Assembly (NCBI GenBank): GCA_937625935.1
Contig: OW569382.1
Location: forward strand, 186,001-250,000
DNA from: Tetramitus jugosus
Taxonomy: Eukaryota > Protista > Heterolobosea
Length of the DNA: 64,000 nt
Direction: 5' to 3'
The notes under the pieces are model-generated. The model ran no database searches and was not told the DNA's origin. It saw nothing but the letters and a program-made list of their open reading frames with translations. The translations under genes were made by a program, and so were the position numbers. This document shows, piece by piece, positions 11,305-21,500 of the stretch (position 1 is the stretch's first letter; every line of letters begins with the position of its first letter).

Positions 11305-11515
11305 AAAACCATTGCTTTGCGAGCATATGACGGTGGAATCTATCGTGCATCATCAAATCATGGTCATTGTTCATCATTTCCATTTGTTCTTGCTCCTTTG
11401 TATTCTTGTTCACAACAGACATGTGGTTGTGATTCACATCTAGGTTGTTGATGTGATTGTTACTATTATTATTATGATTATGATTATTATTACTCGTAGA
11501 GATTAATTGCAACAT
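11303..11515 (-). CDS. 70-codon upstream ORF1 of the GNAT gene ending TGG TTT TAG (candidate +1 frameshift site)
   Basis: ATG follows an AC-rich leader like other genes here; N/Q/E/M-rich composition matches the start of ORF2; overlaps ORF2 in the +1 frame. Confidence 0.65.
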   Translation of the reverse strand: MLQLISTSNNNHNHNNNSNNHINNLDVNHNHMSVVNKNTKEQEQMEMMNNDHDLMMHDRFHRHMLAKQWF

Positions 11516-11900
11516 GATACACGATTGATATTGGGACGAGTGTGCTGCTGAATGTGCTGTTTTTTTTGAAGGTTGAGTTTTTTTTGGGTATTGAAAGAAT
11601 TTGGTGGTGGTTTTCTGCTGGTAAGAGAGAAAGTTGCTGTTGATTTGTTTGACTTTTGTTGTGGGTGATGTAGACCGACGAGAAGTGCAGAGTAGAGTAG
11701 TATACGGGTGGAGCTATGTACTAAATTTTTGAAACGTGTTCTTTGTGTGTGTTATTTTTTTTCGTCGTTGCCCCCTTCTGAAGAGGACAAAAATGACATT
11801 GAGGGGTGGCGAAGGAACAACATCCTGAGTGATTACAACAACTCTGAATCAGTTGAAACGCCACCTGCGAAAAATATCACGGAGGAAATATCTTGCAAAA

Positions 11901-11971
11901 TGCATTGACCGGGAATCGAACCCGGGTCCTCAGCTTGGAAGGCTGAGATGCTGCCTCTACACCATCAATGC
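11901..11971 (-). tRNA. tRNA-Gly (anticodon TCC)
   Basis: GCATTGA/TCAATGC acceptor stem, CTCAGC-CTTCCAA-GCTGAG anticodon arm, GGTTCGATTCC T-arm, followed by a TTTT Pol III terminator. Confidence 0.97.
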
Positions 11972-12036
11972 TCCTTTTATGAGAGAGAGTTTTTATCGAA
12001 TTTCTGCTTCATTACACCTAAAAAACAAAAACGCCG

Positions 12037-13230
12037 ATGAAAAAACGAACACACACCCCTGTTGTTCATGAGTATGAGAATCCACGCTATGCTGTGTGGA
12101 CCACAGCACCAAGAGGAACTGCGCCAAGCAGCAAGGAGGTCATCATCACTGGAAAGTGTGATGACTCTCCCAAGGCTGCCTTGGCCAAGAAGATTGGCTT
12201 GGATTTTGGTGATTTGCTCACCAGGGTCCAAGTCATCAAGAAGGGCCCCAAGAGGTTTGTTGCGTGGGTAACTGTTGTTGATGACAACATTTACCCATTT
12301 GTTGAATCCTTCAACCGCAACAAGAAGATGAGTGGCTGCAAGGCAGCACTCAAGCACAACGTAGATTGTGCCAAGAAGGTCGTCCTCCACGGTGTCAAAG
12401 GTAAGACGGAGGACGACATCAAGACCATGCTTGGCACAACAAAGGTCAAGAACGTGCTCAAGAAGCACGACACCGCCTTTGTTGTGATGGAGTCCGAAAC
12501 GTATGCCGAAGCTTTGCTTCGGAACGTTCAATCCATGCCAGTGGAGGTGGAAGCAAAGCGCTTCCTTCCACGCCCACGTGATCCTGTCAAGGCTGTCAGC
12601 AAGAGGCTGACCAAGATGTACCAAGAGCTACTGGCTGTGGTGGACGACCTGCGCCACCAAGTCAGTGTGTTAAAAGATATGGCTTCCGTCAACCGGATTC
12701 CCCTCGCATCCCCGTCTCCAAGGACGCCGGAGCGAATCTCCGAATTCGAACCTTCGACTCCGTCTACGACCGATGACTGGGAGTCGATCATGCCGGAGTC
12801 CCATCCCGCCACTCCAACTACGGTCATCACAGAGCCAACCAACAACACCATTGATGAGGATGCTCGTAACAGAGCAATCCTCGAGCTAGTATTGAACACC
12901 TCCGAGGTGTTCAAGAAAGTCAAGAAAGAGATTGCTGCCCGAGCAATCATGGTGGACCGTGCAAGAAGCACAACCACCGAAGAAGATCCAGTTGAGTTGG
13001 ATCTCAGTACCCCGACTGTGAGTTACAGAGTCCCCAACTCAACGAACACAAGAAGCGATCAGCACGTGTCACCGTTGGTGACACTGCTGCCAACAAGATC
13101 CCGGCCAGGTTGGCCAGTATCAAGTCAGGTGCTCTCCGTAGGTCCTACCAATTGGCTAGGACTACGGAGCCATCTGACCTCACCAGTGGTGCTCCAGATG
13201 GCAGTGGAGGCCCTCGCAACGAATCCCTGA
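12037..13230 (+). CDS. Retroelement ORF1-like protein, copy 1 (probable RRM-like folds plus coiled coil)
   Basis: Clear paralog of 13447-14172 (RYAVWTT, RFVAWVTV, KVVxHGxKG, DTAFVVM, KRLTKMYxELL); lies inside a poly(A)-tailed unit. Confidence 0.7.
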   Translation: MKKRTHTPVVHEYENPRYAVWTTAPRGTAPSSKEVIITGKCDDSPKAALAKKIGLDFGDLLTRVQVIKKGPKRFVAWVTVVDDNIYPFVESFNRNKKMSGCKAALKHNVDCAKKVVLHGVKGKTEDDIKTMLGTTKVKNVLKKHDTAFVVMESETYAEALLRNVQSMPVEVEAKRFLPRPRDPVKAVSKRLTKMYQELLAVVDDLRHQVSVLKDMASVNRIPLASPSPRTPERISEFEPSTPSTTDDWESIMPESHPATPTTVITEPTNNTIDEDARNRAILELVLNTSEVFKKVKKEIAARAIMVDRARSTTTEEDPVELDLSTPTVSYRVPNSTNTRSDQHVSPLVTLLPTRSRPGWPVSSQVLSVGPTNWLGLRSHLTSPVVLQMAVEALATNP

Positions 13231-13446
13231 AGAAGGGATCAAAACAACATTCCAAGAAGAGAATGAATCCTGTTGCGTAGGCCTGCCACTCCACTGAGCA
13301 AGCACCACATCATATTAGACAATTGAGAGCAGGCAAGCCTGCTCTCACACAAAAGAAAAATAAAAGTTCCGCAACGTGGTGCGTGAGCACCATTTGTTGT
13401 ATTAAAAAAAAATTACACCTAAAAAACGCAGAAAAAACGGAATCAC

Positions 13447-14172
13447 ATGTCTGGTGATTCAACAAATTTGGTGAAGGAATACGGCAACAGCCGTTATGCA
13501 GTGTGGACCACTACACGGAGAGGCTCTAGGCCAAGTGACAGAGAGGTGGTCATTACTGGCAACGGTAATGGTGTCTCTCAGTCATCTTTGGCAAGAAAGA
13601 TAGGAGAGGAGTTTGGTGACTGGCTCAACCGAGTCCAGGTCATCAAGAGGAAAGGCCAGCAACGCTTTGTTGCATGGGTGACGGTCAAGGGTGACCGCAT
13701 CTATGACTTTGTTGAGTTGTTCAACAAAGAGAGGAGGATTGGCAACAGCACTGCTGCACCCAAGCGCAGTGTTGATTGCACAAGAAAGGTGGTCGTCCAT
13801 GGCATGAAGGGCATGTCAGTGGACGACATCAAGAAGCTACTGGGACCTGAGAAGGTTGCCAGTGTGCTCAAGAAGCGTGACACTGCTTTCGTGGTCATGG
13901 GTGATGAAACCTATGCACGGGCAGTGCTCAGCGGAGAGAACAAGGTAAAGGTCACGGTCATTCGATACGTCGAGAGACCACATGATCCTCTCAAGGCTGT
14001 CAACAAGAGGTTGACCAAGATGTACGAGGAGCTGCTGACGGTGGTTGACGCACTGCGTCTACAGGTCACAGAACTCACCAAGGAATTGACAAAGACAAAG
14101 GGTCAAGAGAGCAACAACAAGAGAAGAAGAGTGAACGCCCTACGGGTCGTCACTCACAAAACAAGTCAATAA
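13447..14172 (+). CDS. Retroelement ORF1-like protein, copy 2
   Basis: Intact ORF paralogous to 12037-13230, followed by a hairpin, poly(A) and the target duplication. Confidence 0.7.
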   Translation: MSGDSTNLVKEYGNSRYAVWTTTRRGSRPSDREVVITGNGNGVSQSSLARKIGEEFGDWLNRVQVIKRKGQQRFVAWVTVKGDRIYDFVELFNKERRIGNSTAAPKRSVDCTRKVVVHGMKGMSVDDIKKLLGPEKVASVLKKRDTAFVVMGDETYARAVLSGENKVKVTVIRYVERPHDPLKAVNKRLTKMYEELLTVVDALRLQVTELTKELTKTKGQESNNKRRRVNALRVVTHKTSQ

Positions 14173-14310
14173 ATGAGCAATCGTGTGCTTGCGCACACAT
14201 GGTTGTATGGAAAAAAAATTTCTGCTTCATGACTTCAAGACTTGGAAGTGCACTCCAACTACCAAGAGACTGTGCAGACAACACCATTTGTTGTATTAAA
14301 AAAAATGACT

Positions 14311-15128
14311 GGACTGCTGGGGGACTTCTCAGGGTGAACAGACTGGGAAGGATGCCGGTCAAACATGGCTCAAGAGCGATGTCACAGTTTCCTTCCGAGT
14401 TACTGTCGGTCAGCAGTGATCGTGGATCAGTGGGTCTCAATGACATAGAGGAACAAACCGCCTGGTTTATTGGCTAAATGGTGTCTGGTCAGAGGGACAC
14501 GGAAGTGAAGCAGTTGCTGCTTGACACGCTTGAGGAAATGGTGACTCGGCAGTATTAAAGAGATTTGCGGTCTGTGGTGGTTACAAGTTGAAGCAATGTG
14601 TGGTGGGGTGGACTTTAGCTTTCTAAAGTACCCCCACAAGATTGACAGAAAGCTGGAATGGTTCTATGCACAAGTGCGGAGTGGTACTTTGCACACTCGA
14701 GAAGTCATGAGGGTATTGTATGGAAAAAATGAAGCTCCAACAGTGTGCGAAAGATGTAACAAGGAGTCAGAGACTATTCTACATTGTCTCATTCGCTGTC
14801 CAAGAGCAATATTGACTAGAAGAAGACTGGCTATGTCTGTAGGTGATGAACTGAGTACTCTGGGAGGCCACCCAAAACACCAGATAGACCTATGGTTCGA
14901 CTCTGTGTGTTGGGAAGGCGGTAAGCTGACAGTGCAACCAAACCGAAAATCGAGCAAAGAGTTCCTCCTAGGTATGATGGGTGTAGAGAAGCAGTGGATC
15001 AAATTATGAGAGGGATGAGGAAGAACGGTATCAAGAAAGATTTTGCGGAAAAGAGAGCCAGAACATTTGTGAACAAGGTGAAAAGGAGGTGCGTCGAAAC
15101 CCTTCACCAATTGTACACCTCCTATAAG
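14311..15128 (+). pseudogene. 5'-truncated, degenerate C-terminus of a LINE ORF2 (zf-RVT zinc-binding domain)
   Basis: KLEWFYAQVRSGTLHT...CERCNKESETILHCLIRCP is the CCHC zf-RVT motif of L1-group reverse transcriptases; in-frame stops on both sides. Confidence 0.8.
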
Positions 15129-15299
15129 GAAGGAACAAAACAATGATGCCCTACGGGCACCATTGTTAGAATTAAGAAGTAATGGAGGAGATAACGCCTT
15201 TGAGCCTTATCCATTGTAAAGGACAAATTGGAAAAGTTGGAATTTATGGTTGGTGAAGTCACTGGATTATTGCGTTGTTTTAAGAGATTGGATTCTAGA

Positions 15300-18134
15300 T
15301 CAACCGTCAGTTGTCATCGAAACAGATAGTGTCGTTGATGAGGTGGGTGTGGTTGCCACTTCGATGTCAGAGACTTCTAGCGAAAAAATTGCTCTTCCTG
15401 AAAAGTGAGAGCTCGAAAAAGTAGACATAGTGTCCAGGGAGGATTGAACACTCATTGTTTCACTAAAGCTACTGTTACTGCCAATACTTAAACTGGATCC
15501 AGTAGATGAAAAACTATCCATTGAATCGGATGATTGAGATCGCTGTAACCTATTATTTTCATGAAGTCTGTTGAGCATTTCCTGCCGCAACCTTCGTTCA
15601 ATCTCAGATTCTTGAAGCAATGGAAACAGAGCACCACCAGAAAAATTGTAATTGTAGTCTTCATCTGCCTGCTCGAAAATACTCCCTTCATCTTCTCTGC
15701 TAAAAGTGTCTCGGACCTGTACATCGGATTTTTCTGCTTCTCCCCTCTCTTCGAACTGGAGTGAAGTTGAGCCAGGAGATAAATTATCACGTACAGTCGT
15801 AGGTACAGTAATTGATTCAGTTTGAATATGTACAGAACAATTCTCAGCTGAAGTTTGAGTGTGCATTGGGTAGACCTTTCTTTCTTTTGTTTGGGTGAAA
15901 GCATTGCTGATTGTGTCTCCTGAACGAACATCCTCCAATTGCTCGTTCAATTGTTGATTACCCTTCTCTGCTCTTGTATGTACATTTGAAACTTCAACCG
16001 ATGTTTGGGTGTGTATCGCATGAGTATCCTTCTCTTCTGTTTGGAAGCAAGAATTTTCCATCATGATAGCCTCATTCTGAACTGCCCTGTCAGTTTGAAC
16101 TATCACATCGGAGTCTTTAACCTCATGTCGTGTCTGTGTGCCACTATCAGACACGAAGTTCACTTCTCGCTGTTCAGTCGGTAATTTTGGTTGATGAGAC
16201 ATTTCCATCAGAGTCAACATCAACAATAACCTCTCAATTTCACAGTTAATTGTTGAGTACGAATGTGTATCCTCACTATCAAGCTCTTTGGCTACCATAT
16301 GCACTTCGGTTGAGAGGGAGTGCTCATTGGACAAGATACTCCTCATAATACTCTCCATCACTTCGCTGATTATGTCATTGATAATTGAACTGTTCAGAGG
16401 TATTCCTTCGGAAATGCAGTATTGGACCAACTCTGGAGTTAGTATCGCTCCTCGCAATTGACCATATCTTACCGGGTCAAGACATGGAACCGAAACCTCG
16501 TTCTCTCTTGGTGTTCCTTGTGATACTTGTTTAAGAAGAATTTCAGAGAGAATATCTGAAGACACGATGCGAATGATCCGTTGTATCAACTTCTCTTTCA
16601 TTTCTTCCATGTACAACTCCACCTTCTTATCAACTCCGCTGTGGACAGGAATTCGTTCCATTTTATCTCTCTCAGGATCTTGGATCTCATTCTTTGTCTT
16701 TTCTCTGTGCGGATTAACATACAAAAGACCTTTGGGTTCATCATACACGATCATTGAGAAATGAGAAGATGTAAACTCCTCAGACGGAATGATACCCTGA
16801 ATTTTTTCTTGTCTTTCTCTTTCATTGTTGATTGCACTGTTAATCTGATGTTGTAAGAGTTGGAAGTTGTCCGATAGAGGATCCTTGCTCGGCAAGCTTT
16901 GAAAGGTAGTATCCAGAGCGACAGAAGAATCCCTTGCCTTTGCTGTGCTTGTAGAAAGTTTGCTCAAGTCGATGTCAGTAACATTGAGCAATTCACTGAA
17001 TTGCCCTGGAGAACTCGCCTTCGTCTCACAATATGGAGCTTCTGTCTGAATTTCGGCATTATCCCTGTCATATGCTTGTACAGAGACAGTACTAACGTTT
17101 TCATTTCTGTTCAGCCTCTTTACTTCCCCTACTGTCTGGTCTGCCATCTGAACTTTGTCACTCCTTACTATCGCACGACTATTTTGATCGTCACTACTTT
17201 CTGTCTTTTGTTGCTTGACCCGATTACTTTCATTTGAGTTACTAGAAAACATATCCCAATTATAATCATCGAATTTCACAGTCTGTTTGTTCACAATAGA
17301 GTGTTTCATGATAGCTCGAAAAAGGGATGGGAATTTTTCTTTCAGTACTGATGGGGCAGTGAAGGAACTGTCGTTTGTTTCACCTTTCGCCTTTTGTTTA
17401 GGCATAAATTTGATTCGCATGTGATTGCTATCAAGAGTGGAGCTATTGAGGTTTCCACTAGCAATTCTTTGCAATGATTGAGCAGATTTGAGACGAGCTT
17501 CATGAAGCAATGTTTCTTCATCTAACGATGGTAGATGAATGATCCGCTGTTCCCGCTGTTCATCAACACTCTCTCCATCTGCATCCATGCACTTCCTCAT
17601 TAAACATTCGGTACGGTGTTCGTTCGAATTCAAATGGGAGAAAGGGCAGAGAAAACCATTGCTTTTCGCTTCAATTTTTGAAGGTAAGACCCAGCTCGAT
17701 GTGTTATCGCTTGGACAAATGCTCTCTTCTCCCTTGGCTGTACTCTTACTGACTGATTGGTAGCAACCCTGATCTATCAATTGTTTTAATAATTGTTTTT
17801 TATGATTGCTGCAGTCTTGTTCAATGCTCTTCAATGACGAACAAGAAACTTCGCTCCAACAGGGCTTCTGCTTCCACTTTTCTTCGTTAGGTCGAAGAAA
17901 CCACTGGTGATGATCTCTTAGTTGACTCAACAAGGAAACGGGAGAAGACTGATAGGGGCTGTTTCTCATGCTGTTGTGACTCTTGTGGTTGGAAGAGCTA
18001 CCCTTATTCCTCTTGTTGAGCTTTGATGACGCGCTATCAAGAGCACTGGTGGAGGTGTTTTTCTGCTCAACGAGCTTGTTGTTTACTTCCTGTTGACGTC
18101 TGCTCGATCCAGGTGTGTTTGAACTTTTCGTCAT
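15300..18134 (-). CDS. Hypothetical 944-aa protein, largely disordered, with repeated (T/I/V/F)QT motifs
   Basis: Long uninterrupted ORF with ATG start; no family recognised. Confidence 0.75.
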   Translation of the reverse strand: MTKSSNTPGSSRRQQEVNNKLVEQKNTSTSALDSASSKLNKRNKGSSSNHKSHNSMRNSPYQSSPVSLLSQLRDHHQWFLRPNEEKWKQKPCWSEVSCSSLKSIEQDCSNHKKQLLKQLIDQGCYQSVSKSTAKGEESICPSDNTSSWVLPSKIEAKSNGFLCPFSHLNSNEHRTECLMRKCMDADGESVDEQREQRIIHLPSLDEETLLHEARLKSAQSLQRIASGNLNSSTLDSNHMRIKFMPKQKAKGETNDSSFTAPSVLKEKFPSLFRAIMKHSIVNKQTVKFDDYNWDMFSSNSNESNRVKQQKTESSDDQNSRAIVRSDKVQMADQTVGEVKRLNRNENVSTVSVQAYDRDNAEIQTEAPYCETKASSPGQFSELLNVTDIDLSKLSTSTAKARDSSVALDTTFQSLPSKDPLSDNFQLLQHQINSAINNERERQEKIQGIIPSEEFTSSHFSMIVYDEPKGLLYVNPHREKTKNEIQDPERDKMERIPVHSGVDKKVELYMEEMKEKLIQRIIRIVSSDILSEILLKQVSQGTPRENEVSVPCLDPVRYGQLRGAILTPELVQYCISEGIPLNSSIINDIISEVMESIMRSILSNEHSLSTEVHMVAKELDSEDTHSYSTINCEIERLLLMLTLMEMSHQPKLPTEQREVNFVSDSGTQTRHEVKDSDVIVQTDRAVQNEAIMMENSCFQTEEKDTHAIHTQTSVEVSNVHTRAEKGNQQLNEQLEDVRSGDTISNAFTQTKERKVYPMHTQTSAENCSVHIQTESITVPTTVRDNLSPGSTSLQFEERGEAEKSDVQVRDTFSREDEGSIFEQADEDYNYNFSGGALFPLLQESEIERRLRQEMLNRLHENNRLQRSQSSDSMDSFSSTGSSLSIGSNSSFSETMSVQSSLDTMSTFSSSHFSGRAIFSLEVSDIEVATTPTSSTTLSVSMTTDG

Positions 18135-18565
18135 TTGATCTTGTTCGATCGGCGTCGAACAGTTTTTCTGTAGTTCGGAGTTGTCCGAGAGGAAAGTTCA
18201 CACAAGTTCCCACAAAAATCAAATGCTTTGTGAAAGTTCTTCCTTGAGTTTGACGCGACATTCAAGGAGTGGGATCTGATGTTCCTTCAATTCACAGTTT
18301 GAAACACACCATTGAACCTATCGCGAAAATTATTTGCACACACACAATTTTTAGCTTCGCGAAAGAAAAAGTTTTCTTGCATCCATGCAATCGCCACTCC
18401 CTCACACAAGGCCGAATGCGACCATCACACGGCGTATTGCCAAAAAAAAAGTCCAAATCTCAAAAAAATAAAACACACCAAAAAAACCAACAAAAAAAAG
18501 ACTCAAACTCTTATATACAACCCACACACACAACCAAACCAAAACCCCAAAAAACCAATTTTTTT

Positions 18566-21500
18566 ATGTCCACTTCACAAGAACAGTTTAAATACAATAA
18601 CAGTAACAAGAACAGTAATAGAGGAGAAGGGAACAGGAACAGCAACAGTAGTAATAACAGCAGCACCGGCTTTAGAGGCCGTGGAGGAGGCTATAGCCGA
18701 AGAGGTGGCCGTATGTATTGTTATGATCATGTAGATTGCTTTTTTTTTCATGACGGCGATCATTATTTGTGTGATTTTTTTTGTGTGTGTGTGTGTGTGT
18801 GAAAGAATTTGTGTGAGATGCATCTTTCTCATTCTCTACACACCACACACACTGACTACTCGTACACTCTTATCACACAACAAATGATTGAGTTCCATTC
18901 ATACTTACTCTCTATTTTTTTTTTCTTCTCTCATTCACGCCATGTGCTCTTCTATTCACTACTACTATGAAACAACAACAACAACAAAAAAAACAATCGA
19001 TAGGTGGAGGATCACACACTCAAAGTGGATATGATGCATCATCATCATCGCAAGCAGCTTATCATTCTACAAACAGCAACAAGACTAGTTCAACTACACC
19101 ACATGTGCAACAACAGCAACAGCAACCACATTCTCACTCTAGATCAACCAACTATCAGCAACAAAAGCAACCTGTTGTTGATGGTATGGTAAACACTGTT
19201 ACTGCCAATGCACCATCATCATCACTCAATAGACCACCACAACAACCATCAATCAATAATAATAGTAGTAATGGTGGTAGTGCTCCCTATCAACAACCTC
19301 ACATGGTGAAACCAACAGCATCCTATCAATATTCAAACAAGGTACCATCCAGACTCATTACCAGTTCTGCACCACCTGATATGATGTCAGAGGATCACCA
19401 TCATCACCACCACTCTTCCCACTCTCATCATCACAAGGTGAGAGCCATGCCACACAAGTTGTCTACTACTCAGGCAAGAGTTGCATCATCCAACAGTACT
19501 GGTGTCACTGCTTCTCTCAAATCGAATTTGAATCCAACTTCTCAACCATTTGTGCCAAAGACAGCAGCAGCAACAACAACTAGTGCTGCTACAGGTAGTG
19601 CACCAACACATCAACAACAACCACAACCTGTCATGTTTATGCCATATGGTGGAATGGGTCATCCACATCATCCACACCATCCACATCACATGCACCCAAT
19701 GATGCCATCACAACAACCACCATCAACAACCACCGCCTCCACCACCACCACCACCACAACTACTCCATCATCCATTGTCGATATTCAAAAACCAGAATCT
19801 AAGCGTATTCAAATTGTGAATCCAAAGACTGGAAAGCAAGTGTCTGATTTGAACAAGTCTGATGATGAAGAAGAAGAATCTGAGGAAGAAGAGGTGGCTG
19901 CAGTCAAGACTACCACTACTGCTGCTGCTGCTGCTGCTGCACCAGTCAGCACCACCAAGTCTCCAGTCACACCTCTGACCATTGACACCAAGTCTCAACC
20001 AATGGAAGAGAGTGATGAAGAAGAGGAAGGAATGGAAGACGACGAAGAAGAAGAAGATGGTGAAGAAATGGAAGACGATGAAGAAGACGTCAGTTATGAC
20101 GGTGAAGAAGATGACGACGAAGACGAAGGAGACTATGACGATGATGCCAGCAGTGCCTTTAGTGGCAGTGACGACGAAGAAGAAAAAGAGTTGCCACCTG
20201 GTCTCAGAAAGTACACTCGTGACAACTTGTTGGCCTACAATACGGAAGATGTTTCTCACAGACCGTTTGGCGAGATTGAGAATTATGAAATTTATGTCAA
20301 GCCAGGTGAGAATGTCACTGCAGCCAACAGCACTGGTTACTTGAGAAGCAAGTCAAAGACACCTGCCTATGGATATGGCAAGGGTGGCAGTGGAATGATG
20401 GCTGGTGGTGCGAGACATCATCATCATCACCATCATCCTCACCATCATCATCAAGGCATGAGAAACAGCAATCCATCTTCCCCCATGTCTGCTGGTGGCA
20501 GTATTCGAAGAGGTGGCAAGAGATCAGCCACAGGTGTTGGCCAATCTGCAGATGCCATCTTTGGTACCTCTCATGGCAACAACAATCGCTCAAAGATGAA
20601 GGGTGGCTCAAAGAAGAAGGGCACATCCAGAAGACCAAAGGAAACCATGGACTCATTGCACAAGTCTGAGAATGCTTACAAGGTGGGTCAAGCCAAGGAC
20701 GAATCCGAAAGAATTGAAAAGGATGTTGTCGGTGTTCTCAATCGTCTCACACCAGAAAAGTACGACTTGTTGAAGAATGAATTCTTGGCCATTCCGATCC
20801 CTAGTGACGACGTGTTGCAAAAGGTGATTGACATTATTTTCGAGAAGGCTGTCATGGAACCAAACTTTGCCGGTCTGTATGCCCAGCTGTGCAAGGATCT
20901 TGCAGGTGCTGGTGCATCCACAACTACCACCACTGGTGCTACTGCTGATGCAGATGCCAGTGCAAAGGAGAAACTTGCTGGATTCAAGCGTATTCTGCTC
21001 AACAAGTGTCAAACTGAATTCGAATCTGAGAAATTGTCCTCTCATGAAGACAATTCCAGCTTGACCGAGCCAGAAAAGGAAGCCAAGGCAATGAAACTCA
21101 GAAGACGCAAGATTGGTAACATGATTTTCATTGGTGAACTGTTTGATAAGAAGATGCTCTCAGAAAAGATTATCCATGAAGTGATCAAAAAGTTGTTGAT
21201 TGAGAATGGAAGCAACATTAGTCCAAACATGTCCCAGGACGAAGCACGTGCCATGTGCGAAGACGATTTGGAACGATTGTGCAAATTGATGACAACGATT
21301 GGTAAGTCTCTGGACCATGGCAAAGCACCATCCTATCTCAACTTGTACTTTTCAAAGATGAAGGAATTCTCTCAGAACAAGGAATTCTCCAGCAGAATCC
21401 GTTTCATGCTGTTGGATGTGATTGAGTTGAGACAGGACAATTGGGTGCCTAGAATCAAGACTGCCAAGGCAAAGACCATCAAGGAAGTTCACGCTGATGC

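Larger units (their letters stand above)
12011..15182 (+). mobile_element. Tandem cluster of non-LTR retrotransposon units upstream of tRNA-Gly
   Basis: Shared 5' motif ATTACACCTAAAAAAC (12011, 13412); shared 3' ends CACCATTTGTTGTATT(A)n (~13389, ~14282) with variants at ~14196 and ~15158; duplication AATTTCTGCTTCAT at 11999-12012 and 14217-14230; zf-RVT remnant. Confidence 0.85.

Noticed and set aside
13005-13280. Programmed frameshift in retroelement ORF copy 1
   Set aside because: An alternative frame runs to TAG at ~13280 with similar codon style, but no slippery signal is evident; a simple indel mutation is equally likely
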